A stretch of DNA of 64,000 bases from Phoronis australis (lineage: Eukaryota; Animalia; Phoronida): assembly GCA_002633005.1 (NCBI GenBank), contig NMRA01000004.1:1839935-1903934 (forward strand), read 5' to 3'. Positions within the stretch are counted from its first letter, which is position 1. The number at the start of each line of letters is the position of its first letter. The notes beneath the pieces were generated by a model that was not told where the DNA came from, searched no databases, and worked only from the letters and a program-made list of their open reading frames with translations. The position numbers were made by a program, and so were the translations under genes. Of this stretch, positions 1 to 11,583 are shown piece by piece.

Positions 1-1872
1 AGGCAGCGCAGGCAGGCCCGGGCGTAGCACTTAGGCGGGCCTCAGCCAAGCTGCCGAAGGCAGTGCAGGCAGGCTCCGGCGTAGCACTTAGGCGGGCCTC
101 AGCCAAGCTGCCGAGGGCAGCGCAAGCAGGCTCCGGCGTAGCACTTAGGTGGGCCTCATCGAAGCTGCTGAGGGCAGCGCAACAGGCCCCGGCGTAGCAC
201 TTAGGCAGGCCTCAGCCAAGATGCCGAGGGCAGCGCAGGCAGGCTCCGGCGTAGCTCTTAGGCGGGCCTCAGCCAAGCTGCTGAAGGCAGCGCAGGCAGG
301 CTCCGGCGTAGCACTTAGGTGGGCCTCAGCCAAGCTGCCGAAGGCAGTGCAGGCAGGCTCCGGCGTAGCACTTAGGCGGGCCTGAGCCAAGCTGCCGCAG
401 GCAGTGCATGCAGGCTCCGGCGTAGCACTTAGGCGGCCTCAGCCAAGCTGCCGGAGGCAGCGCAGGCAGGCCCGGGCGTAGCACTTAGGCGGGCTTCAGC
501 CAAGCTGCCGGAGGCAGCACAGGCAGGCCCGGGCGTAGCACTTAGGCGGGCCTCAGCCAAGCTGCCGGAGGCAGCGCAGGCAGGACCGGGCGTAGCACTT
601 AGGCGGGCCTCNTCAGCCAAGCCGCCGGAGGCAGCGCAGGCAGGCCCGGGCGTAGCACTTAGGCGGGCATCAGCCAAGCCGCCGGAGGCAGCGCAGGCAG
701 GCCCGGGCATAGCACTTAGGCGGGCATCAGCCCAGCCTCCGAAGGCGGCGCAGGCAGGCTCTGGCGTAGCACTTAGGCAGGCCTCAACCCAGCCGCCGAA
801 GGCGGTGCAGGCAGGCTCCGGCATAGCACTTAGGCGGACCTCAGTCCAGCCGCCGATGGCGGCACAGGCAGGCTCGGGCGTAGCACGTAGGCGGGCCTCA
901 GCCCAGCCGCCGAAGGTGGCGCAGGCAGGCTCCGGCATAGCACTTAGGCAGGACTCAGCCCAGGCACCTAAGGCGGCGCGGGCAGGATACGTTGTAGCAC
1001 TTAGGCGGGCCTCAGCCCAGCCGCCGAAGGCGGTGCAGGCAGTCTCCGGCATAGCACTTAGGCGGGTCTCAGTCCAGCCGCCGAAGCCGGCGCAGGAAGG
1101 CTCGGGCGTAGCACTTAGGCGGGCCTGAGCCCAGCCGCCGAAGGCGGCGCTTGCAGGCTCCGGTGTAGCACTCAGGCGGGCCTCAGCCCAGCCGCCGAAG
1201 GTGGCGCAGGCAGGCTCCGGCGTAGCACTTAGACGGGCCTCAGCCCAGCTGCCGAAGGTGGCGCAAGCAGGCTCCGGCGTAGCACTTAGGCGGGACTCAG
1301 CCCAGCCCCCAAAGGCGGCACGGGCAGGATCCGGCGTAGCACTTAGGCGGGCCTCAGCCAAGCCGCCGGAGGCAGCGCAGGCAGGCCCGGGCGTAGCACT
1401 TAGGCGGGCATCAGCCAAGCCGCCGGAGGCAGCGCAGGCAGGCCCGGGCGTAGCACTTAGGCGGGCATCAGCCAAGCCGCCGGAAGCAGCGCAGGCAGGC
1501 CCGGCTTAGCACTTAGGCGGGCATCAGCCAAGCCGCCGGAGGCAGCGCAGGCAGGCCCTGGCGTAGCACTTAGGCGGGCATCAGCCAAGGCGCCGGAGGC
1601 AGCGCAGGCAGGCCCGGGCGTAGCACTCAGGCGGGCATCAGCCAAGCCGCCGGAGGCAGCGCAGGCAGGCCCGGGCGTAGCACTTAGGCGGGCATCAGCC
1701 AAGCCGCCGGAGGCAGCGCAGGCAGGCGCGGGCGTAGCACTTAGGCGGGCATCAGCCAAGCCGCCGGAGGCAGCGCAGGCAGGCCCGGGCGTAGCACTGA
1801 GGCGGGCATCAGCCAAGCCGCCGGAGGCAGCGCAGGCAGGCCCGGGCGTAGCACTCAGGCGGGCATCAGCCA
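1..1872. repeat. 57-bp GC-rich tandem array (minisatellite/satellite), ~33 copies, truncated by window start
   Basis: Unit CAGCCAAGCCGCCGGAGGCAGCGCAGGCAGGCCCGGGCGTAGCACTTAGGCGGGCAT recurs every 57 nt (e.g. gcaggcccgg at 1381 and 1438); ORF track shows the 19-aa period; N at 612. Confidence 0.97.
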
Positions 1873-3329
1873 AACACTACTGTATTATGTTCTGGCTTGC
1901 GAGTATAATGTTGATCTGACAAATTAGATGCCCTGTAAATCTTCCATGCTTCAAAGACTGTTTTTCGATATACGTGTTAGAATGGAGGTCACTAAATAAG
2001 GTTTGAGGTAACCTTAAGTTAACTAAAAGCCTGAAGCAGGCGAAGAGCAGTAAGCTTTACCGGCGGTCTCACGTGAAAGTTAGCTAGTGACACATGGAAC
2101 TAAAGGCGCGGACTGGTGAATACTTTTGGCTTAAACTTTGCTTATTCAGACATTTAGTAATTGCAATGCCCATGAAACAAAAAATGGTGAATCTATTATT
2201 TACCACTTGATGAATCGATTGCCATAATCTGTTCGTAATGTTTGTGGGTATTTCAAATCCTCAAAGTGGTTGATTAGCTTCGTTGGCCCACGAAACTTTT
2301 AAACCCGTTCACTTGTGCGACATAATAGCGGTGTACTTACAGAGGGGGTTCCCCTATGATCATGTGCAAATATGTTAAGGAAATTGAAAACTTTTAAGAT
2401 AATTATAGTACGTCTAGATGGCTTGACGTTACACCTACCAGCTAGGCAGCGATAGTAACCTACGGCTGGTTTCCGAATCGTGGAATAGCAAGTACATGTA
2501 GATCATCGTCCTTTTGATAATGTTTGGGGCCATTAGACAGCAAAATACTTCAGAAATGTAGATGCAGTGTCTTCGGAAGAAATTCGATTACAATAATTCG
2601 AAACTTACTTCTTCTGTAGTAAACAAGCATTTCGCCCTAAATCCTATGTTCCATAGCATGAAACACCGGAATAAACGGCTGCAAACAAGTCCCATATATG
2701 CGCGGTGCAACCTCAGTCGTGCGAGATCTAAGTGGGCATCCCATGCCTGAGTTCTACGACTATTCCTAAAGCACCCCTTCAACTCGATTTAGGAGACTTT
2801 GAAAAAACTTTTTTTAACTTCTGACGATTGATACATGTAAGGGTTATACATTTATTTACACAAATCATTGTTTTATTTCAAAGATTTCGGCGATTAAGCG
2901 ACTGTTAACAGTAGCTTGAAACAAGGTTTAATAACCTGTTTGCAATTGGAATTTATTCAACACTGTTTCAAGGTAAATACGCTAATGCACTGTTCATTCT
3001 ACGTTAGGCGGCATTTCAGGTCTCACACTAGTTAATTGTGACTAAATGTAATTAACATACCACGCACAGGCTGGACTGTCACTCATTAAAGAAGACGACA
3101 TGACAAAGCGCTTTGAAACTGCCATCTTAATTCGCTCCCGAAGTAACATTCGCTTTGATTTAAAATCCTCGACTGATTGATGAAGAAAACGCAATTTCTT
3201 TGATTTGTGTTTGTTTATGTATTTTAAATAGTCTTAACACTTACTAACTTGGTCTTTGAGGCACAATATGACCATCCCTTTGTCCTGGAGATTAGAATGC
3301 GCGTGTCCTTATTTTGGAAATCAGGCACA

Positions 3330-3460
3330 TTTTTGTCTCTCATTGATGTCGGGAAGGCAAAGAATTTCACATCACACATCCACGGGTATTTGTTGAGTTT
3401 ATTAAACTTTCTCATGTCGGAGTTCCATCCCACAGCACAGCAGTTTTATTTCGTTAGCAT
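3330..3460 (-). pseudogene. decayed THAP zinc-finger N-terminus, probably transposon-derived
   Basis: Minus frame from ATG at 3460 reads MLTK*NCCAVGWNSDMRK...KYPWMCDVKFFAFP, matching the THAP C-x-V-GC-x-S...FF-x-FP pattern, with an in-frame stop and C->W change. Confidence 0.5.
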
Positions 3461-4134
3461 TGGAAGGTCGAATAGTGTAATGCAACCGAGAAAATTTTGA
3501 AACAACAAATAAATGTGAAACTCCAGTGGCACGAAAACGAGGCAGCAAATGCGTCTTACGGATGTTGACGGCATTGTGGGTTAATACAACGAGACTCGAG
3601 TGTCGCTTTGTAATCCGGGACGGTCCTATAACGCACGCCTTCGATAGTAAGCAACTTTCAACTTATGCTGGTCGCATCGTGTTTACCTTTTTACGATTTC
3701 TAGACTTTTAGCTTTAGGCTAGATTCATATTGATTGTCACAGAGGCAGCGGATTAAGTTCAGTCACCGAAGCATTGCGTTTTGAAGACTGGCGAGAACAC
3801 AGTCTGCTAAGGACAAAGGTTCCGTCATGGTTTTTAAACTTGACATTTTTAGTTTTCTTCCATGTATTTGATTTTATTTCATACTAGACAGTTGATTGGA
3901 CAAAAAATTTTGTTTCATTTTTCACAAAGTATTATTTAAAGCGTTGTCCCCGCGACACTATCTGCAGTTAGCCGATTGATTGACAGGTAAGCATTCTGTT
4001 TCAATGTGTCCATGTATTTTTGGATTCTTTGCATTAAAAAAAACACTAAACTGAAGTTTAGTGTACACAAAACGAGTTTCCACCATACCGCCTTTGTTCA
4101 GAACTTCTGTTAACCTATTAGAACCCTATTTTTT

Positions 4135-4330
4135 ATGTCATCTTCCAATGCATCGCCATCGTCCCAACGTGGCAACCGCTGGCTGCGTTGTGAAGTTGAC
4201 ATTCTAATTTCTGTTTGGAGAAAGGGAGTGGTCCTTGTCATGTTATGGAACTCCGATTCGGTTTGGGACTTTCGCGTGACCCAACTAATGGCAGGTCTGT
4301 TGAAAACAAAATCAAATTCTACTACAGACT
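4135..4330 (+). pseudogene. decayed Myb/SANT-like (trihelix) DNA-binding domain remnant
   Basis: RGNRWLRCEVDILISVWRK...DSVWDF, then in a shifted frame GRSVENKIKF, resembles the R-x-x-x-W-x-x-x-E-x-x-x-L-I-x-x-W ... W ... K-I-K trihelix pattern; frameshifted. Confidence 0.4.
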
Positions 4331-5280
4331 CTTTTCTTCCAGAAAATATAATAATATTAACTGTAAACATAGCAATGACAATTATAATGATATCTTACAT
4401 GATAGTTTTGTTGCTCTTCAGCTAAAGGCACAGATTCGATGACAAGGTCTTATACGATCCTAAATCTTAATGTGCTATTTCTCTTGTTACAGGTGTATGT
4501 ACCTCGATTTTCCTGTCATTGTATTTCCAATGTAAGGTTGTTCACCATAGGTGGAAACCTTCAAAGTGATCCCGACGTGGATTTTTTTCTTACAATCTTA
4601 GTCTTATTGTCCGTTACTTTGTAAAAACGGACCCCATAATGCGGATTGGATGAACTCACGAAAATAACACAGTTCAGATGTTTTGACGCACAATTACTGT
4701 TCTTTTTGACATATACGGTATTATCAATTGCGTTCGACCCCCAGTCGTGAGGTGTAANTCCGATTCGGTTTGGGACTTTTGTCTAATTTTTACAAAGACA
4801 TAGTCGCGTGACCCAACTAATGGCAGGTCTGTTGAAAACAAAATCAAATTCTGCTACAGACTCTTTTCTTCCAGAAAATATAATAATATTAACTGTAAAC
4901 ATAGCAATGACAATTATAATGATATCTTACATGATAGTTTTGTTGCTCTTCAGGCACAGATTCGATGACAAGGTCTTATACGATCCTAAATCTTAATGTG
5001 CTATTTCTCTTGTTACAGGTGTATGTACCTCGATTTTCCTGTCATTGTATTTCCAATGTAAGGTTGTTCACCATAGGTGGAAACCTTCAAAGTGATCCCG
5101 ACGTGGATTTTTTTCTTACAATCTTAGTCCTATTGTCCGTTACTTTGTAAAAACGGACCCCATAATGCGGATTGGATGAACTCACGAAAATAACACAGTT
5201 CAGATGTTACGCACAATTACTGTTCTTTTTGACATATACGGTATTATCAATTGCGTTCGACCCCCAGTCGTGAGGTGTAA
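4252..5280. repeat. ~510-bp direct duplication split by an N (4252-4757 / 4759-5280); probable haplotype/assembly overlap
   Basis: Both copies start TCCGATTCGGTTTGGGAC and end GTGAGGTGTAA; they differ by a few small indels; the junction is the N at 4758. Confidence 0.9.
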
Positions 5281-6483
5281 AAGCCTCTCGTACGGACGGT
5301 TAGTCTCGGGATGAACGTGCAGATTCTATAAACCTGTCCGCCTCGTGTTAACAAAAAACCTTCAATTAAGGCAATGTAGTTTTATAACAAACCATTGCAC
5401 GCCAACTTGTTGAGCTTGTTCTCAATGAATAACGAACTACTAACTTCAGGTATCACTTCCAATCTGAGCATGGAACCCTCCGAGATCAGTCTTACAACAG
5501 CAAGTGGTCTGAACAAATGCCTATTTTTAAGAAAATCCGGCTTCGTAATATCTTTGAGTTATTGCCGGCCAATTGAAACAAGGACACAGCAGTTTAAATG
5601 AATTTTTGCAGCACGAACGTGAGAAAACTCTGACTGTAAGAAAAAATAATCACAATCCCAGTTGGTTGAAAATTTACCACTAAATACGATTCACACTTTG
5701 TAACTTTATATATAAGAGGAAAAGAAGTTGTTTTGATAACGTATTTATTACTTATCAAATAATTACGTAAACACTTAAACTTTGCGACATCTTATCGTCC
5801 AAGCAACATGTTAAACAGTCAAGTATCGCCCATAAAACGCCTTACCTGTAAATATGGTCATAGTCCACAGTCTCTATTCTTGTTTCAGCTAAATATGTTG
5901 ATTATTTTACTTACATGACTCGTGGGACTATTATCTGACGTGTTGCTGTGTACCTTAAGTACTTATTGAAGGCCCACCTACAGCAATTTTCTTGTGTGGA
6001 AATCGTCCCTGAAGACAGCGCAATACTAGAGCGTGATTGGTCAATGCACACCTGCAAGATGATTGGTCAGAAATCACTGGCACTATGTTGGTCTGTGATT
6101 GGTTACCTTGTATACTTTTGGGGCCCAAGAAGAAATTTTGCCGGAAGTTCGTCACTAGCTTACAATGGTGACGAGAGCTGCGTATGTTCATACCGGGATG
6201 TGTGATTGATTACTTTTTGAGATTACTTCATATGAATTTTGAAATTATTCCTGAAGCACTAACCAGTAAATTAACACTTGAAATAAAAGCATCTACAGTT
6301 ACTGATGAAATGTTAGCCTGGTTCGACTTGCCTCAGGATATATAGTTAATTAATCAGACAAGTTCAGACGCTGCCATCAGATCAGTCTTTGATTTACGGG
6401 ATCGTGTAGCTGATTGAGTTTCACGCCTACCGTTGGCCAATCGCGCAGCGCTAGAATAAGGTTTTTTTTGGGGGGGGGGTTAA

Positions 6484-7204
6484 AGGAGAATGCCACTCGA
6501 TACCATTAGTCCTTTTTACCGTCTTAATCGGTCTATATCCACATTGCCTTTTATACGGTCGACCTCAAGTTGCTGAGAGGTGTGGCGTTAACCTGTGAGG
6601 AAGGTGAGAAACGACGCAGCGACGTCAGTGGTTCATCTGCAGAGTGAATGCCGTTATATTGCGGTACATCGTTCCCGCTTGTCCGAACTGAAGCTGCGAA
6701 GAAAGCGGGTATATCGTTGTTTTACCTCCTCTAGAGCCCGAAATGCTTAAGAAGTGGCTCGCGGTAGTGCACAATGAAAAGTACGCTGTTAATAGCAAGT
6801 ACATGTATGAGGCCGTGAAACATCTCCGTGTCTGAGGACGGCATTTCGTCGACAGTGATTTCTCTGGCGAATTCTGGCTTACCAAAGAACTATCCATATG
6901 TTCCGTTGTGAAATAAAACAACACGTTTGTTCAAGAACTCGATGTATTTTGTGAGCAGTTTACATCGAATTTTGATGATTCATTTGTGTAAAACGATGAA
7001 TTCAAGCGATAAGTTGACACCATGCAGTAAGCGTGTCGTGAACGGCTGAACAGTCTGTGTTCGAAGCGATTACATCATTGGTTAATTTCAACGCCTCTGT
7101 CTGCCGTTAGGTGTCAGGTACAACAACTGAACTGTTATCGAGTGGAACTACCGGTACTCGATCTAAAATTGATTCAAAAAAGGTTTTTTGGGTGGCATTC
7201 TCCT
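6484..7204 (+). mobile_element. Kolobok-type non-autonomous DNA transposon with THAP remnant
   Basis: TTAA TSD on both sides (6480-6483, 7205-7208); TIR AGGAGAATGCCAC / GTGGCATTCTCCT; internal frame PPLEPEMLKKWLAVV...HLRV*GRHFVDSDF is a THAP C-terminal half with a stop replacing the Cys. Confidence 0.8.
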
Positions 7205-7938
7205 TTAAGCTATAAGAAGCGGTGTTCATCCAGAAACAAACAAGTACAGTTTATCAATGGAGATGTTTATCTTAAATTATGGAGAATAAATATCATATAG
7301 GAATATGATTGTTGTCCAAGAGAGACGTCTTGCGCTGAGCTTGCGCAGGTAAGCTTTTATGAAAACCCTGTGTGCGCTTACTAAATTATGTGCTTAGATA
7401 GTAATGTAACCTAAAAATGTCTCACATAGCAGTTTTGAAGGTTTGAATCTCGCTTTTTCACTGTAAATTCAATAAACTTCGAGCTCGAGAAAAAGGACGT
7501 CGTTGTACTTGGGAATTCGAAAATCTCCTTGCCTGTCATGACTAGAACGCAGTCATGTTGAACATTGTTAGCTTTTTATTAGGATTTCGGGTGAACTGAC
7601 CTTTCACACGTCTGTTCAGTTCTTTGTCATTTCAAAAGAACTTCAATGCTACCGTGACACTTAAACTCGCGCATTGGCACGTAAAACAGTGTGGAAATGC
7701 TGTGCGGACAGTATGAACCGCATCCATAATGACGTCAGAGAATGCATCCGGGGATATGTGGTTATTTTGACTGCTTGCGTTCTGATCAATCTTTTTTTGA
7801 TGCAACACATTTATTAATTCAACCAACAAGTACGAAGTTGTACGGCAATATGAAATCTAACCAAGTACATCAAACAAGTTAGAAACACTATCGATCCCTT
7901 TAAAAGTGATCAACCTTTATTGCCTGATCATACCGTTC

Positions 7939-8086
7939 CAGGGCCGGATCCAGGATTTGAGTGGGGGGCCAGAGTATTAGCCAGGATTTTGCGCGCCAGA
8001 CATTTGCATCCCCACTGTCAAAAGAAATCTGGGAGAATTTTAGGGGAAGCCATGGCCCCCTTGCCACCCCCTTAAATCCGCAGCTA
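7939..8086. mobile_element. MITE, CAGGG(C/G)CGGATCCAGGATTT family, 5-bp TSD
   Basis: Ends CAGGGCCGGATCCAGG ... TAAATCCGCAGCTA; flanked by CGTTC on both sides; same family as 36695-37028. Confidence 0.7.
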
Positions 8087-8783
8087 CGTTCAATTGACTT
8101 TACATGGCCTGTGGACGCCGCAATTATTCATTTCAAAATCGCAGCGAAATACATCGAATGAAATGCATGCATATATACACATTGAGTTATAATTAACGCA
8201 TACCACGACTCTTTTGACAATTTAGTCGAGATAATTTGAACAGCATCTTCATAAAAATTTGTTGAAGTTCATTCGAGCAGATCTCTAATTGCCACTTACT
8301 GGAAAAGTCACGTGCCATCATGTCAGTTAACGAACAAAACGTCCAAGGGACACAAACTCTACAAATTTCCCCTGATATCTTCCTACGCTACTTTTTTGCA
8401 AGTGTCAGCCGCGAGGTCGCACCCTCCGCTCAGTTTTGCGTTTTTTGTGGCCTAACTCATGTGATGCCAATAAATGACTTTCTAAATAGCATAATGAAAT
8501 GCACTATTCCACTAGATGGCGATCAGATCTTAGGTGGACAGGCGTTCAGCGCCTTCTACAGATCTCATGTAAAATGCGGACAAGAAGTTTTGAGAACCTA
8601 CTGGTATTAATAGCCAATTCCTGCTATCGCAATGCCGGCTAATTTCCACTGCTGCACGGTGGTTGTATTAATGGCTTATAGAAAAAGGCAAACCTCTTGA
8701 TGTATCCATGAATGAAGAATATCATTTCTCATACATTTCCCACGGCGTGAGAAGATTCCACGCCCTTCAAAGACAGGCGGCTA

Positions 8784-9496
8784 TGGAAAGCCAAAGCAGA
8801 AAAATCTTGGAGAAATATTTTCTATGCAAGACTTAAAACAGGTAAAACATGTTTAATTTGCAGGACCAACAATAGAACACTCAAAAGCAGAATTTTCAAT
8901 TAAGCAAGAATTAAAAATAGTCCAATACATTATTTTCACTCTGCAAGACCACAAAAAACAACTCGAGGCCAAAATCTGTCACGTCAGGACCGAAATTAAA
9001 CACGCCAGGATCGAAAATTTGTCCCGCCAAAAAATTCCATGCCAAGACATCACGTGACCATCCACAAACATCGCCCCGCAAAGTAATTACGTTGGCAATG
9101 GATACACAATGGCTAAGCGTTCAACGATGTCTCGCCGATGACAATCATACTGTATCGTGACAATGAGGTTGAATTTCTTTTGTCTCTTACATGCATTACA
9201 ACTGAGGCCAATGTACTCTTGGCCTCTGGACACATTAGACTTTGAATTACTCAGACACGGCGGATTGTCGTTGTCGGATTGTGAATGGTTACGTGCATGG
9301 TCTCCTGGCCTGGAACTTTCCTGCCCTTGTGTGATAAATTTTCGGTCATGGCGTGTTAAATTTTAGTCCTGTGGTGATGAATAATGGGCCTCGGCGAGAT
9401 AATTTCTGGTTTTGAGTTGCCCATTTGGTCCTGCAGGGATTTCAATTTCTGAATATAAAACTTGTATCAGGGAACTTTTTCCGCTCTGGCTTTCCA
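8784..9496. mobile_element. foldback MITE with long imperfect TIRs (TGGAAAGCCA...TGGCTTTCCA), TA flanks
   Basis: Left and right ~250-bp arms are imperfect reverse complements (e.g. CAGGACCGAAATTAAACACGCCA vs TGGCGTGTTAAATTTTAGTCCTG); TA on both sides. Confidence 0.7.
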
Positions 9497-10460
9497 TAAA
9501 GGGCTGCGAATGATAAAGCGCGAGAATTTCGATTCAAGTTGGTGTCAACAAGCTAAACTAAATTAATGAACTCGACCTAATTCAACAATAAGAAGGTCTG
9601 ACAGTGGGATCTATTCCTTTGTTTTTAGATTAATCAACCACTATGTAGTAAATGAATTTTTGTCCATCAAGTCTGAGTTGGGATAAAGCGGAAATGGCTT
9701 TCGTGTCCCATTAGTCTGGAGAGCTGTAATATGAAAAGTCCGCTATCAAAAATAAAACTTTATCGTCATCGTGCGCTATAAAAAAGTTAATGGTGAACAA
9801 AAAACTCGCTAAATGTGTCTTAAGGATATCTCAAACCTTATTCACAAAAATTAGCAGTTTTTGCAATATTTCATATACGTCTAGCAAAGTACCTCATAGT
9901 AATCTTCATTCTCGGAAAACTTCAAATACGAAATATATACCCGGTAGTGGTAGTGCAAAAATATTTAGCATAACCATCTCTTTCTCCTTCAGCCGCATGG
10001 AAATTTGTTTACTTCGTATCCAAGTTTAAATGTCACAGAACTCTCACTAAAATCAATTCTCCCTCGCGGCTTTTCACAGTTCGTTCACCGAGTCGCCATA
10101 AGACTGAGTTAACGAGATGTATATGGCATGGGAAGATGCCGCGGAAAACGAAGACATAGCATATTTTTATTCTGAGTGTGTTGCACGTCTGCCTACATAC
10201 GACATTTCATGCGCGCCCCCAGCCTAACAGGGGGGGGGGGCTCGAATTTCTGGCAATGTGGACCCTTTGCTGACAAAAAAGCGGGAGGACTGTGCACCTG
10301 ATTATGCAGACAGATCGAGAGGAGAGTGGATACGGGCATCGCACTCGAGTACTACAACAATCAAACAGCGAATTCGATTAGCGAACTTTCGTTGACTTTG
10401 TGGCCATATGAACTCAACCCATTTGCCACATTAACTTGGGTCACGTTCTAAACACAATGC

Positions 10461-10502
<42 letters not shown>

Positions 10503-10521
10503 TTAATAATAATAACAATAA
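10461..10521. repeat. (AAT)n microsatellite
   Basis: Run of AAT units with two interruptions. Confidence 0.95.
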
Positions 10522-11182
10522 CCCTATAGTTGTAGCACTCGATCTGAGCCGCGAAGGCCTGGCATCACTCGCCCTAGAATGGAAGCATTTTGTTCGCTAT
10601 TCATAAAATTTGGAAATACACTTACAAGGTGGAGATTCCTTCATCGTAACGCCGCTTTTGTGTTTGGTAGAAACACGATTTCTTGACTGGAATATGCTGA
10701 ACAAAGTGTGGCTCCCTGATCGTATGTTCCACACTGTCATCCCACACTCTCGTACAACGCACAAACCGATGCCATTTGTGTGCAACATTCACGTGCTTAG
10801 GAAATTCGAACACAGATACGTTCTCGGTCAAGTTGCAGCCTCGATCCACAAATGCACCTTTTCATATCTGAAGGCGGCTTTCCCGGGACTTTTCTCCCAA
10901 CTCCTCGCACTGGTAAAAACAACTACGGAGACGGTCTTCCACCCATTACCTACAGCCATTAGCAACAGGTATGCTAAAAGCTATTAAATCTCTTAAGGTG
11001 TATTAATAAAATTCTTTTTGAGCCACAGGGTCATGTTGGAAACTCTTTAAACCCCAGATACTCGATTTGCATGCTATATTTCGTACTTGGTTTCTTTCAG
11101 TCTCCCCGGGGGGGGGTGCATCTGTACGGGACGTCCCGGATTATTTTAAGGTCATGAGGTAAACTCCTCCCCGCCAAACCAG

Positions 11183-11583
11183 GGCCCGGTCTCTAATCTT
11201 TGTACTCGAAACGAACTCGAAACTATTTTTGGCAATTTCTCTGCTCCGTTTGTGCGAACTTAAGATAATTGGTTATCAGACTGTGCTCGAATACATTATA
11301 GTTTATGCATAGGAGTTTCTAGTTCAAGTTTGCCCTTGAAGACCCTTATATTTGTGCTACAAACTCGAGTAAAAACTCGAAATTTCGAGTTCAAACTCGA
11401 ACTTATTGCTTTAATATTGGGTTTACAAACTGTGAACTAAGGGCAATAAATTATCTACGTAAGTTATTGTGTACTCGAGCATAGAATAATAGACACTTAT
11501 CTTGAGTTCGCCCAAAAGTAGAGTAGAAAATGCCAAACCTAATTTCGAGTTCCATTTCGAGTAAAAAGATTGGAGACCGGGCC
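11183..11583. mobile_element. PIF/Harbinger-type MITE (near-palindromic)
   Basis: Termini GGCCCGGTCTCTAATCTT / AAGATTGGAGACCGGGCC; arms remain imperfectly complementary toward the centre; CAG/CTG (CWG) flanks. Confidence 0.75.

Noticed and set aside
1-1872. CRISPR-like array
   Set aside because: No unique spacers, eukaryotic context, no cas genes
145-1873. Long Ala/Pro-rich ORFs on both strands
   Set aside because: They result from a stop-poor 57-bp unit; frameshifts, non-ATG starts and no unique flanking coding sequence
5250-5360. GTTCGACCCC B-box-like motif (tRNA or SINE)
   Set aside because: No A-box or cloverleaf found; at most a degenerate SINE fragment
10597-10987. ORFs next to the (AAT)n tract; possible LINE 3' remnant
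   Set aside because: No convincing RT, zinc-knuckle or endonuclease motif recognisable by eye
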